Shown here: one piece after another, positions 51,932-61,632 of the stretch
Layout: the number at the start of each line of letters is the position of its first letter
Numbering within the stretch: position 1 is the first letter of the stretch
Assembly (NCBI GenBank): GCA_963803705.1
Contig: CAWDNU010000003.1
Coordinates: 1-64,000 of the forward strand
DNA length: 64,000 bases
Direction: 5' to 3'
From: an uncultured Pseudobdellovibrionaceae bacterium
Lineage (GTDB): Bacteria; Bdellovibrionota; Bdellovibrionia; Bdellovibrionales; UBA1609
Position numbers and translations under genes: made by a program
The notes under the pieces: generated by a model
The model's input: only the letters and a program-made list of their open reading frames with translations
Database searches by the model: none
Told to the model about the DNA's origin: nothing

Positions 51932-52303
51932 TTGGATTTTTTCGCTTTAACATATTATTTGGCTCCATTAATTGGTTTAACTACTGTTGCAATCGGCGTC
52001 GGCGCGATTTTGAGACCTCAGCACATGTCTGGTAATTTTGGGATCGTAGCAAGCGGAACAGCGAATCCATATGTGGTAAGTGTTGGTATCCGAGACATAT
52101 TTATGGGGTTTGTAATTTTAAACCTATATTTCAATCAGTTATGGAACGAGCTAAGTTTTGTGCTATTTTGCGTGGGTATGGTGGCTATTTCAGATTTTCT
52201 TGTGGTTCATAGAAATGGCAGCAAAAAAACAGCACTTGTTCATCTTTTAGGCGCAATTGCTGTTACGAGTTATGGGGCCTGGCTGTTGTTTATTACGGCC
52301 TAA
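51932..52303 (+). CDS. Small membrane protein (DUF4267-like)
   Basis: 4 TM; FG...GIRD..MG...SD...H pattern; RBS AGGAG. Confidence 0.7.
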   Translation: MDFFALTYYLAPLIGLTTVAIGVGAILRPQHMSGNFGIVASGTANPYVVSVGIRDIFMGFVILNLYFNQLWNELSFVLFCVGMVAISDFLVVHRNGSKKTALVHLLGAIAVTSYGAWLLFITA

Positions 52304-52312
52304 GCATATTAA

Positions 52313-53437
52313 TTGGATTTACACCTGGTCACTCCAGCGATATCACCATACAATTTACATATGCTTACAGCAGTTTTTTGGCGAAAAAAACTTTTGCCTT
52401 ACATTCGTAAATCTAACGTAATTGCCGCTCGGCAAGTTTTGCTAACTTTTGTGCCTTTCGTTGCCTTGTGGATAGGGTATGCCTACTTTGTTGAAATTTC
52501 TAATTGGTGGGCTATCGCGTTTTTGATTCCAGTGACTTTGTTTATACTGCGTATGTTTGTGTTAATGCACGATTGTGGACATGGTTCACTATTTCGATCT
52601 AGACGTGCTAATCAGGTTGTAGGCTTTGTACTTGGGGTTTTCACTGGCATGCCTCAATATGTCTGGTCAAAAAATCATGCTTTTCACCACAATACTAACG
52701 GTGATTGGGTAAAATATGGCGGTGTATTTAATATTATGACCACTGACCAGTACGCATGTCTGCCAAAAAGTAAGCAAAAACTTTATTGGCTTTTCCGCCA
52801 ACCAGCTATTTTACTACCTGCTGGTTTTTTATATATCCTGTTTAATCCAAGATTCAACTGGATCGTTGGGAACTTGGCTATGTTTTTTAAAATTGTCCGT
52901 CCTCTTATGACTTTAAATTTTTCTAAAAGTGTTGATGTGGCTAAAAAGTGGCAGACAAAATATTGGAAGGGTAAAAAAGATTATCTTCATATGACTTATA
53001 ATAATGTCGCTTTAATTTCAATTTGGATAGTGATGAGTTTACTTATAGGGACAGGTGATTTTTTTCTTTTATACATCACTTCTGTTTCTTTGGCGGGGTC
53101 CATCGGCATATTGATGTTCGCAGTTCAACATAATTTTGAAGATTCCTACGCAACTGACACTGTGAATGTGAACCATTACAAAGCTGCCTTAGAGGGAACC
53201 AGCATGCTTGTGCTGCCTAATTTTTTAAATTGGTTTACTGCTAATATCGCTTACCACCATTTGCACCATTTATCTACGGCAATTCCCAACTATAGATTAG
53301 CTGCTTGTCACCAAGAGTGGGAACACTTATTTACAGATATAAAGAGGGTGCACTTAAGTGAACTGCTTACTACATTTAACTATCAGCTATGGAATCCTGA
53401 GAAACAGAAATTAGTACTAACTAAACAGATTAGTTAA
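52313..53437 (+). CDS. Membrane fatty acid desaturase (start may be ATG 52361)
   Basis: His boxes HDCGH, HAFHH, HHLHH; QHNFE. Confidence 0.9.
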   Translation: MDLHLVTPAISPYNLHMLTAVFWRKKLLPYIRKSNVIAARQVLLTFVPFVALWIGYAYFVEISNWWAIAFLIPVTLFILRMFVLMHDCGHGSLFRSRRANQVVGFVLGVFTGMPQYVWSKNHAFHHNTNGDWVKYGGVFNIMTTDQYACLPKSKQKLYWLFRQPAILLPAGFLYILFNPRFNWIVGNLAMFFKIVRPLMTLNFSKSVDVAKKWQTKYWKGKKDYLHMTYNNVALISIWIVMSLLIGTGDFFLLYITSVSLAGSIGILMFAVQHNFEDSYATDTVNVNHYKAALEGTSMLVLPNFLNWFTANIAYHHLHHLSTAIPNYRLAACHQEWEHLFTDIKRVHLSELLTTFNYQLWNPEKQKLVLTKQIS

Positions 53438-53484
53438 ATTAATTACTAATAACTAAAATTTATATAGCCAACAATCTGCTGTTG

Positions 53485-53604
53485 AGTTTCAATAAAAGTA
53501 GTTATTGAAACTAGATTGACCAACAAAATTTTAAATTTCATAATTACTAAATACGACTCAAAAAGCAGGGTTTTTGGCATATATATCGTAGGCTCAGCCG
53601 AGTG
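53485..53604 (+). other. Composite recombination-like site A
   Basis: Perfect 11-6-11 palindrome AGTTTCAATAA-AAGTAG-TTATTGAAACT (53485-512); TCAAAAAGCAG at 53558; TCAGCCGAGTG at 53594. Confidence 0.7.
53516..53544 (+). promoter_or_regulatory. Sigma70-type promoter for recombinase 1
   Basis: TTGACC-N17-CATAAT, abutting the site A core. Confidence 0.55.
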
Positions 53605-53665
53605 TTTTTTTTGAACTAAAGATTAAACACAAATATTAATCATTTTAAATTTAAGGACGAATTTA

Positions 53666-54594
53666 ATGAATAGTTTAGTTAAATCAAAAAGTAAATAAGC
53701 TTGAGCCCAGCTTTTCAATAGATCAAAAAAATGCTTACCATCTTGAACTAGAAAAAAGACTAGTTAATGAGACAAGGTTGATCGCAAATTTTTTAAGTCA
53801 AAAGACTTTAAACACACAAATTGCTTACGAATCAGACTTAAAATCTTTCTTTGATTTTTATTCTGATTTAAGTCTTTCTATTAAAGATATAACTGATACT
53901 CATATCTTGGTTTACTTAAAAGAAAATGGTCATTTAAAAAAATCCACATTAGCTCGAAAAAAAGCCGCAATCTCAGCATTTTTAAAATACTGCTTTAAAA
54001 AAAAGTATCTGGATAAAAATCCAGCGGATCTACTTGATCCAATTCAAGTCCTAGAGCAAACCCAAAATAGAGTCATTGATCACGAAGATATATTGATGAT
54101 GTTAGAAAGAGAAGAAAATAGTCGAAATAACACAATGATCAGAACACTTATATAAAACTGGAGTTAGAGCAGGGGAGTTAGTTAATCTAAGATTTACGGA
54201 CTTAAAAAAAAGGTCTAACGCTTATTTTTTAAATGTCATAGGTAAAGGTCAAAAACCAAGGTCTATTAAAATAGATGACGAGTTAGCTAAAATGCTACTT
54301 GATCTTAAAAGTACAGACAAAAAAAACGAGTATATATTTAAGTCTAAAAACTTTAAAACCAAGATGTCTATTCAAGGTATAGGTAAAATCGTTAAAACTG
54401 CGGCGCAAAGAATAGGCCTTGGTGATGAGGTTTCAACTCACTGGTTAAGACACAGCCACGCTACGAAAGCCTTGGAAAATGGGGTGGATATAAGAGTTAT
54501 TCAAAACACCCTAGGGCATGACTCAATAATGACAACGACAAAATATACTAGGGTGTCGCCAATGAAGAGTAGTGGGGATGGAATAGATTTTTAA
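53666..54594 (+). CDS. Tyrosine recombinase 1 (XerC/D-like); two 1-nt frameshifts (about 53694 and 54150), pseudogene or sequencing error
   Basis: Reconstructed SAM-like N-domain, YKTGVR, GKG, HWLRH, LGH, TTKY. Confidence 0.85.
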
Positions 54595-54732
54595 AATTAC
54601 AAGCAGATTAAATCTTTAGACTTTATGACCACATTAAAGAAAGCCCTTCTTCGCAGAAAGGCTCAATGAATTTAAAAATTGCTTGATTAATCAATAGGGT
54701 CATTTGAGTTTTTCTAGTTTAGATAAGATAAT

Positions 54733-55176
54733 TTACCTAGACACATGAACAAGGTTTGAACAAATATAAAGTCGTTCAGTTCTAGATTTACAGTAATCAT
54801 ACGAACTGTAATACTTAAATGGTCCTCCACCAGTGTCCCTGGCTAAGCGGTATCTTAAAATTAGATAGTGGCCTACACTGTTTATATAAACATCATCGTA
54901 ACTGCGATCACTCTCACTGCGTCCAAATTCAGACGCAAACATATCTACTGGAGCGGCTCCGGCTCGCACAAGTTTGAATCCTTGAGTTGAGCCAATATTA
55001 ACCTTTACAAGGTCAGGGTTGTAAGACGTATAGTCTAAACTATTGTCATAAATTTTATTCTTACCCTTAAATTCACAAGTCTGATTCGAATTTAACGCCT
55101 GTCCCTTATAATGAATGTCTGATGACAAAGCGTGTTGAGCATAAGCAAATGTTAAAAAAAATATTAATTTGCGCAT
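54733..55176 (-). CDS. Hypothetical secreted protein
   Basis: RBS GGGGAG; signal peptide; Cys residues. Confidence 0.65.
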   Translation of the reverse strand: MRKLIFFLTFAYAQHALSSDIHYKGQALNSNQTCEFKGKNKIYDNSLDYTSYNPDLVKVNIGSTQGFKLVRAGAAPVDMFASEFGRSESDRSYDDVYINSVGHYLILRYRLARDTGGGPFKYYSSYDYCKSRTERLYICSNLVHVSR

Positions 55177-55513
55177 CTGGTCTCCCCAGGTTAAAGATAA
55201 GTTACATTATCATCTTACTCATACCTGCTTAAAAAAATAAATAAATACCAGATGTGCAGACTAATTTGTGAAATTTATACTCAGTCTGTTAATTAAATTT
55301 ACAGATTAAATTAGCTTCTTTTTACCTATATTTATAAACCCAATGCTAAGAACGAAAATATGGATACTAAAGCACATTAAAACTGTCTAAAATACTAAAT
55401 TTAGGTGCCGTAAATTGTCATTTTAAAGCGATAGAATTCCGACCAGATCGAAACAGAATAAATCCCATACTTTAATTCAAAAAAGACTAATTTTATTTAA
55501 AAAATTACGATTT

Positions 55514-55633
55514 AGGTAACATAAATATACTACTATTAGATTTTTTAAAATTGGATTTTGGAATTTAAAAATTAATTAAATATGAATCAAAAAGCAGTGT
55601 TTTTGATGATTAAACAATTACATCAGCCGAGTG
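55514..55633 (+). other. Composite recombination-like site B
   Basis: AGGTAACATAA-ATATAC-TACTATTAGAT (55514-541); TCAAAAAGCAG at 55587; TCAGCCGAGTG at 55623. Confidence 0.7.
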
Positions 55634-55678
55634 AAATTTTTTTAAAAATGGGGATTAATGAATTTCTAGACTTAAATA

Positions 55679-58600
55679 TCAACTGCTTAGATAGCTTGTG
55701 CACATACTAGCGTTTTCTAGCTCTTGGTTGTCTAAATTAAGCCTCAAAAATTCAATACGACTTGCTTGATCTCTGATACGTAAAGAATCTTTCAAGATTT
55801 GATAAGAAGGTCCAAAATCATAGACTGTAGAAAAAGTGTAGTGAACTAAAGTCATTAAAACCACTTGATCTCCTTTTTCAATCACAAGCCTTAGAAGATC
55901 CGTCATGTCTTTGGTGTGGGCTTGTGAGAAAGTGAACTGAGCTAAACTAATTAAAACACTTTGATCCCCTTTTTCGATTACAAGTCTTAAAAGATCTGTC
56001 ATGTCTTTGGTGTGGGGTTTAGAGAAAGTGTTGTAAGCTAAGTGCATTAAAACTTGTTTATCTCCTTTTTCAATCACAAGTTTTAAAAGGTCCGTCATGT
56101 TTTCGGTGTGGGGTTGAGAGAAAGTATACCGAGCTAAATCCCTTAAAACCCCTTGATTACTTTTTTCAAACATAAGTTTTAAAAGGTCTATCATGTTTTG
56201 AGTGTGGGGTTGAGAGAAAGTGTGCTCAGCTAAATACCTTAAAACCAGTTGATCCCCCTTTTCAATCACAAGCCTTAAAAGATCTGTCATATTTTGAGTG
56301 TGGGGTTTAGAGAAAGTGGACGAAGCTAAATAACTTAAAACCTTTTGATCACCCTTTTCAATCACAAGCCTTAGAAGGTCCGTCATATTTTGGGTATGTG
56401 GTTTAGAGAAAGTGGAATGGGCTAATTCTCTTAAAACTTCATGATCGCCTTTTTCAATCACAAGCCTTAAAAGATCCGTCATGTTTTGGGTGTGGGGTTT
56501 AGAGAAAGTGGACGAAGCTAAACCTCTTAAAACCACTTGATCCCCTTTTTCAATCAAAATCTTTATAAGATCTGTCATATTTTGGGTATGTGGTTTAGAG
56601 AAAGTGGAATGGGCTAATTCTCTTAAAACTTCATGATCGCCTTTTTCAATCACAAGCCTTAAAAGATCCGTCATGTTTTGGGTGTGGGGTTTAGAGAAAG
56701 TGGACGAAGCTAAACCTCTTAAAACCACTTGATCCCCTTTTTCAATCAAAATCTTTATAAGATCTGTCATGTTTTTGGTGTGGGGTTGAGAGAAAGTGGA
56801 CGAAGCTAAATTTATTAAAACCTGTTTATCACCTTTTTCAATCATGCTTTCTTGCAGTGACTTTTTGATGCCACTGGCTTCAGCATCAAATAGATTTTTT
56901 ATTAATATCAGATTGATTTCCTGATCTATATTGGCATCAATTAAGTTTCCGATAATTTGCCAGTTTTCATTTTGAAATAACTTAGGTATTTCATCGTCTG
57001 GATTTTCTAGAATGTCAGCTAAATGTGGATACTTTTTAATGTATTCATTTTTTTTTGATTGCTGTTGTGTTTTACTTTCATTGAAATTTAATCCCACAAT
57101 TTCGGGAATAGTTGTGTCAAAGTTACGTCTTAAAGCTTCTACAAAATCTTTAGCTATCGCTAGCCTTAAACCCTCTGGAATATCAGTAAATAAAAGACGA
57201 GCTTCACTTAAATTTCGAGTAGGTTCAGAAAGTGTTTGAACTAACTCTTTAAAAAACCCCACGTCTTGATTATTAAAAGCCTCCATCAATAAAACCTGAT
57301 CAGGTCTAAGTAAATTATAAACTTGTTCTAAATCAAAAGGAGTGGCTTTAAGTGTGGCATCTTTATCAGATAATCCAATCACTTTATCCGCCAAATCATC
57401 AATGGCAAGTAATCTTAAATCATCAGGTATGTTTAATCTGTGTCGTAACTTTTGAACGTTCTTATTACCACCATTTTCTAAAATTAAATCAGGCTCAACA
57501 AATTCAAAACCCAATTCATTTAATGTGACCCCATGTATTTTAACCTGCTCTAAAACAGCTTTCGTTCTATTGGGATCATTAGCGGATGTGACAAGAACCC
57601 TTAGGCTGCCGTCTTTAATTTTATCTTTTAATTGAAATAATACATCTTGAAGCACAGGTCTTAAGGTCAAGTAGCCTGTCATTGTTCCATCCCCGTGGAG
57701 TTCATAGTGAATGACTTTTTCAGGGTCAGTGGCTTGATTTAACCTTGCTTGATATTTCGCATATGTATCTGGATTGGGTGTGTAATGAATGCTTTGAACC
57801 GCTTCATGATTTTTAAATTCTATGGGAACTTCTTTTAAAAGTGTGTCATCTAAATCTAGCATTAAAATATCAGGGATTGATAATTTTACGGCATCACTTG
57901 AAATCATTTGTGTTATAGCACTTACAATATTTCCTGCTTTAAATTCTTGATTTAACCACTGATATAAAGCTCGTCTTTGATTAAAGACTTTTTTGGTTTC
58001 ATCATTTTGCCAAAAGAGACTTAAATCCTCTTGAAATTTTAAAGCTTTCTCAGGATTCACTTGACCATCTTTTGATGAACCCGTTGGGCTGGTCGGATGC
58101 CAGCGAGTTCCATCAAAATGAAATCGATCGGATCTATCAGTGTATCGTGGCATGTGTTCGTAACTGACAATAGTGCCATGAAGACTTGATGGGGACACCT
58201 CAGCAGCCATTTGATTTAAGTAATATAAAAAGGACCTTGTTGAAGGATGGCTTGAGTTCGATGACGTTAAAAGATGGGTTTTAAGCTGCGCTTCATGCCC
58301 AGGAAAGTAACTCGTAATGACTCTAGGAATGGTTCCAGAAAAGCCAGTATCAATGAACATAATTTTTTTGCCCGATGATAGGTTTTCAGCTGATATGCCA
58401 TTTTGTGCCAAATAGTCCTTAACGTTCTCAGCCTTCATATTGGCTCTTGAAATATTAAGTAAATGAAGTCGACTTTGCACTTCGGGCTGATCTTGGGTCG
58501 CAAGCTTAGCCAAATCATATAAGAGCTCAGCGTCTCTTGCTAAAAAATAAAGATCAAAATCAGGATAAAGCTCAAGGTACTGCGCTATGGCCTCTAGATG

Positions 58601-58813
58601 GGCCCATTTATAGCTATCCCAGGTCGATGGAAGATCCTTTGAATGCGATTGAGGTTCAACAGACATAATATCTGGCCTGTCGAAATAGGACTGAAATCCT
58701 TGGGGAATGGAATTGTTGGGCTCAGAATAGGTGAGCGAAATAAACAGAATTTGGATAAATAGCGAAACTATTAAGGCATATATTTTAAAGGCTGAAATCT
58801 TATGAATTCGCAT
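55679..58813 (-). CDS. 1044-aa secreted multidomain protein: PRTase-like domain, HAD-like domain, 11 x 32-aa helical repeats
   Basis: N-terminal signal/TM; YFLARD, NISR, FIDTGFSGT; LDLDDTL, VTSAN, LAIDD; repeat array. Confidence 0.85.
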   Translation of the reverse strand: MRIHKISAFKIYALIVSLFIQILFISLTYSEPNNSIPQGFQSYFDRPDIMSVEPQSHSKDLPSTWDSYKWAHLEAIAQYLELYPDFDLYFLARDAELLYDLAKLATQDQPEVQSRLHLLNISRANMKAENVKDYLAQNGISAENLSSGKKIMFIDTGFSGTIPRVITSYFPGHEAQLKTHLLTSSNSSHPSTRSFLYYLNQMAAEVSPSSLHGTIVSYEHMPRYTDRSDRFHFDGTRWHPTSPTGSSKDGQVNPEKALKFQEDLSLFWQNDETKKVFNQRRALYQWLNQEFKAGNIVSAITQMISSDAVKLSIPDILMLDLDDTLLKEVPIEFKNHEAVQSIHYTPNPDTYAKYQARLNQATDPEKVIHYELHGDGTMTGYLTLRPVLQDVLFQLKDKIKDGSLRVLVTSANDPNRTKAVLEQVKIHGVTLNELGFEFVEPDLILENGGNKNVQKLRHRLNIPDDLRLLAIDDLADKVIGLSDKDATLKATPFDLEQVYNLLRPDQVLLMEAFNNQDVGFFKELVQTLSEPTRNLSEARLLFTDIPEGLRLAIAKDFVEALRRNFDTTIPEIVGLNFNESKTQQQSKKNEYIKKYPHLADILENPDDEIPKLFQNENWQIIGNLIDANIDQEINLILIKNLFDAEASGIKKSLQESMIEKGDKQVLINLASSTFSQPHTKNMTDLIKILIEKGDQVVLRGLASSTFSKPHTQNMTDLLRLVIEKGDHEVLRELAHSTFSKPHTQNMTDLIKILIEKGDQVVLRGLASSTFSKPHTQNMTDLLRLVIEKGDHEVLRELAHSTFSKPHTQNMTDLLRLVIEKGDQKVLSYLASSTFSKPHTQNMTDLLRLVIEKGDQLVLRYLAEHTFSQPHTQNMIDLLKLMFEKSNQGVLRDLARYTFSQPHTENMTDLLKLVIEKGDKQVLMHLAYNTFSKPHTKDMTDLLRLVIEKGDQSVLISLAQFTFSQAHTKDMTDLLRLVIEKGDQVVLMTLVHYTFSTVYDFGPSYQILKDSLRIRDQASRIEFLRLNLDNQELENASMCTSYLSS
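55829..56842 (-). repeat. 96-bp (32-aa) coding tandem repeat, 10 full copies plus 1 partial
   Basis: Consensus IEKGDxxVLxxLAxxTFSKPHTQNMTDLLRLV. Confidence 0.95.
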
Positions 58814-58993
58814 GATTTTATAGACTACAAATAAGGAATTTGTTCAAATCAAGATATGTGCTTTGAAATATTTTTTTGGCTGTAGACGACTTAGACATTC
58901 AGACGGATTGGTATAAAATAAGATTAGTTTTGTTTAAAACTCATATATGTTGAGATACATGGTTTTTTTGTGAAATAAACTAGGGAGGGGAAA

Positions 58994-59993
58994 GTGCTAA
59001 ATGCCTATAAATCCAAGACTTTAAAGGAATCTTCACTTGAGTTTTCAAATTCTAACTTCAAGCTCTGGGATACTGAAAAGTCCTATATTGTTGAAGACTT
59101 AAATAATGTTTTTAGAGAAAATCTTCTTATTTCAAGCTGGCTTCAAACAAAGGCAAAATCAACACAAATTTGGTACTTTAAAGAAGTAATACTTTTTTGA
59201 AAGCCATCCGAATTTAATGATTTATAAAACCAAATCCAGCCATATTCACGAATACCTAGAAAGCATAGAGAAAATAACTGGCTTAAAACGGCGTGAAAAA
59301 GTAAGAGTCTGTTTATCAAGTTTATATAAGTTTTGTAACATATCAAACTACATTGATAATAATCCTGTTTCAGCCATCAAATCCAAAAAAACTTTTGATA
59401 CTCTGTATGATAAAATTTTAGCAGATGATGAAATCAAAATGATGCTAGAGATGACTCCCAAAAAACGAGATCAGATCTTTATTAAGCTTTTAGCTTTAAC
59501 AGGGATCAGGGTCGGTGGAATCCGGGGAATTAAGTTTTCTGATATAAAGTCGACCAAAGATGGGGCACTGATTGAAGTTTTAGAGAAAGGTTTTAAATCA
59601 AGACGTATTTTTGTGAACAAAAAGCTTTATCTAGAGTTGCTAGAACTTAAAAAACCACAAACTAAAAAAGAAAATCATTTTTTCTCTGGAAATATTGTAA
59701 TCAAAAATCAAGTGCCAGATGATTTTTATATCTTCAGATCACAAAAATTTCCATTTACACAACTAACGAATACTCAGTGCTATGAGATCGTTAAAAATGC
59801 AGCCAAAAGGGCTAAAATACATAAAAATGTATCCCCCCATTGGTTTCGTCACACCTATGCTACAAGACTCATAAATAATGAGGTTCCAGTGCATAAAGTA
59901 AAACATCTCTTAGGGCATTCCACGATAGCCTCAACCTCAAAGTATTTACATAAAAATTATGATGAATTTTCAGGAGACGTGTTAATTGTCTGA
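58994..59993 (+). CDS. Tyrosine recombinase 2; one frameshift in a T6 run at 59193-59198
   Basis: RBS GGAGGG + GTG; TGIR, EKG, HWFRH, LGH, TSKY. Confidence 0.85.
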
Positions 59994-60876
59994 AATTACA
60001 AATTCAATTATTATTTCAAAAAAAATGACTACAAAATCTGAAGTTATATACTTGAAAGAAAACACACTTCTGAATTCATGGGTGAATTCCTACGATGACC
60101 TTACAAAAGCCAAATATATTTTAGAGGCTAAAAATTTCTTTTTGTTTTATCCAGATCTATTTTTAAAAGATGTAAGGGTAGAGCACGTCATTAGATACCT
60201 TGAAGAGGGCTTAGATAAAAAATCAAACTCATCCAAAAATCTAGCAAAAGCTGTGATCTCGTCTTTGTTTAATTTCGCGATTAGGTCTGGATATTTAGAT
60301 TTTAATCCTACAGTGGCAATACGTGCTAAAAGAGTGCAGTCTAAGTTTTATGAAAAAGTATTAAGCCTTGATGAGGTTAAATCTTTAATAAATTCGGCTA
60401 ATTCTGAAAAGCATAAATTGATTGTTGAGCTATTTTATATGACAGGGATCAGGCTTAGTGAATTAGTGCAAATCAAGTGGTTGGATTTCAGAAGGTATAA
60501 AAGTCACTATTTAATTTATATAAAAGGAAAAGGTTCTAAAATTAGGCCTGTTAAAATAACGACTGAGTTTTATGAAAGATTAAAGGCTCTTAAAAAAGTG
60601 GATAAATCTTATGTGTTTTTTTCGCCGGTGAAAGCTGATGAGCACATGAATCCTAAGTGCGTCACTTTAATGATAACAAAGCTTGGTCAAAAAGCCGGTT
60701 TACAGCAAAGAATAAGTGCGCATGCGCTAAGGCATACCCATGCTACCCACTGCATAGAAAGGGGTGTGCCCATCCAAGTCTTAATGGCAAGCTTGGGGCA
60801 CACTTCTATTATGACCACTGAAAAGTACCTTCACGCCAACCCAGATGTGTTCTCTGGCGATACTTTAGAGCTTTGA
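59986..60876 (+). CDS. Tyrosine recombinase 3 (intact)
   Basis: RBS AGGAG + TTG overlapping recombinase 2 by 8 bp; TGIR, GKG, HALRH, LGH, TEKY. Confidence 0.92.
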   Translation: MSEITNSIIISKKMTTKSEVIYLKENTLLNSWVNSYDDLTKAKYILEAKNFFLFYPDLFLKDVRVEHVIRYLEEGLDKKSNSSKNLAKAVISSLFNFAIRSGYLDFNPTVAIRAKRVQSKFYEKVLSLDEVKSLINSANSEKHKLIVELFYMTGIRLSELVQIKWLDFRRYKSHYLIYIKGKGSKIRPVKITTEFYERLKALKKVDKSYVFFSPVKADEHMNPKCVTLMITKLGQKAGLQQRISAHALRHTHATHCIERGVPIQVLMASLGHTSIMTTEKYLHANPDVFSGDTLEL

Positions 60877-60921
60877 CGATTTAAGTTAATCAAATCAATA
60901 ATTTAACAATGAAAAATTTTT

Positions 60922-60941
60922 AGTTGGCAAAAATGCCAACT
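60922..60941. promoter_or_regulatory. Palindromic operator over the promoter of the toxin-antitoxin pair
   Basis: AGTTGGCA-AAAA-TGCCAACT containing -35-like TTGGCA, about 30 bp upstream of the start. Confidence 0.6.
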
Positions 60942-60972
60942 TTGTGTTATCTTTTTATAAATAGGGGTATGA

Positions 60973-61311
60973 ATGATTATAAGGCCCAATAGTTTAATAT
61001 CTGTAAAAACTAACTTCGGATTTAATGGTCTTATAATTACGGAAGTTGAAATTGATATTAATCATGTAAACTTCGGGAAAAATAAATCTAAAAAGCGATC
61101 GAATTTTAATGCTGATTTTGTCGCTAAGGTTTGTAACAAGTTTTTTTCAAATAAATTTCTTGAAGATGTTGGTCTTAAAGAGTTTGGCGATGAGGTTTGT
61201 AGGTATTTTAAAATAGATTCGGTATTTGAAAATAAAAAATATAGAATGGTAATTTGTGTTTGCTCAGATAAACCCAACACAGTGGGTGTAATAACGCTGT
61301 ATGAAATTTAA
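60973..61311 (+). CDS. Putative type II toxin (RelE/HigB-like position, family uncertain)
   Basis: 112 aa, basic, YRMVI...VITLY strand pattern; directly upstream of an HTH gene. Confidence 0.5.
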   Translation: MIIRPNSLISVKTNFGFNGLIITEVEIDINHVNFGKNKSKKRSNFNADFVAKVCNKFFSNKFLEDVGLKEFGDEVCRYFKIDSVFENKKYRMVICVCSDKPNTVGVITLYEI

Positions 61312-61322
61312 GGAAAATTAAA

Positions 61323-61610
61323 ATGGCAAAAGGTCCTTATGAAATTAATTATGATGATTTTATGGAATCAAAAGAGATTACAGATCCTGTTAGTCTATTA
61401 AAATTAGAACTTGGTTCAAAATTTTTAAAGATTACAAATAAAATGGAGACCGCTGAAATATTAAAAATAACAGGTCTTCATAAATCCGACTTATCAAGAA
61501 TAAGAGCCGGATCATTAGAGAGGTTTACTATTGATCGCATAATCCATCTATTAGATGCGCTTGGATATAAGGCCAAAATAAGTATGATTAAAGATCAAAA
61601 AGCATCCTAG
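61323..61610 (+). CDS. XRE HTH protein (HigA-like antitoxin)
   Basis: GLHKSDLSRIRAGSLERFTIDRIIHLLDALG. Confidence 0.8.
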   Translation: MAKGPYEINYDDFMESKEITDPVSLLKLELGSKFLKITNKMETAEILKITGLHKSDLSRIRAGSLERFTIDRIIHLLDALGYKAKISMIKDQKAS

Positions 61611-61632
61611 AATCTATTTAGTAAGTTAAAAA

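Noticed and set aside
55829..56842. TALE, ankyrin or TPR assignment; diversity-generating retroelement target
   Set aside because: The 32-aa consensus lacks their signature residues; no reverse transcriptase or adenine-specific TR/VR pair is seen in the window
59193..59198. Programmed frameshift or phase variation in recombinase 2
   Set aside because: A T6 run is short, and similar 1-nt indels occur in unrelated genes here, so sequencing error or decay is more parsimonious
53666..60876. Integron or RIT element interpretation
   Set aside because: No IntI-specific insertion and no attC-type cassette ends recognised; the three recombinases are not a contiguous overlapping trio
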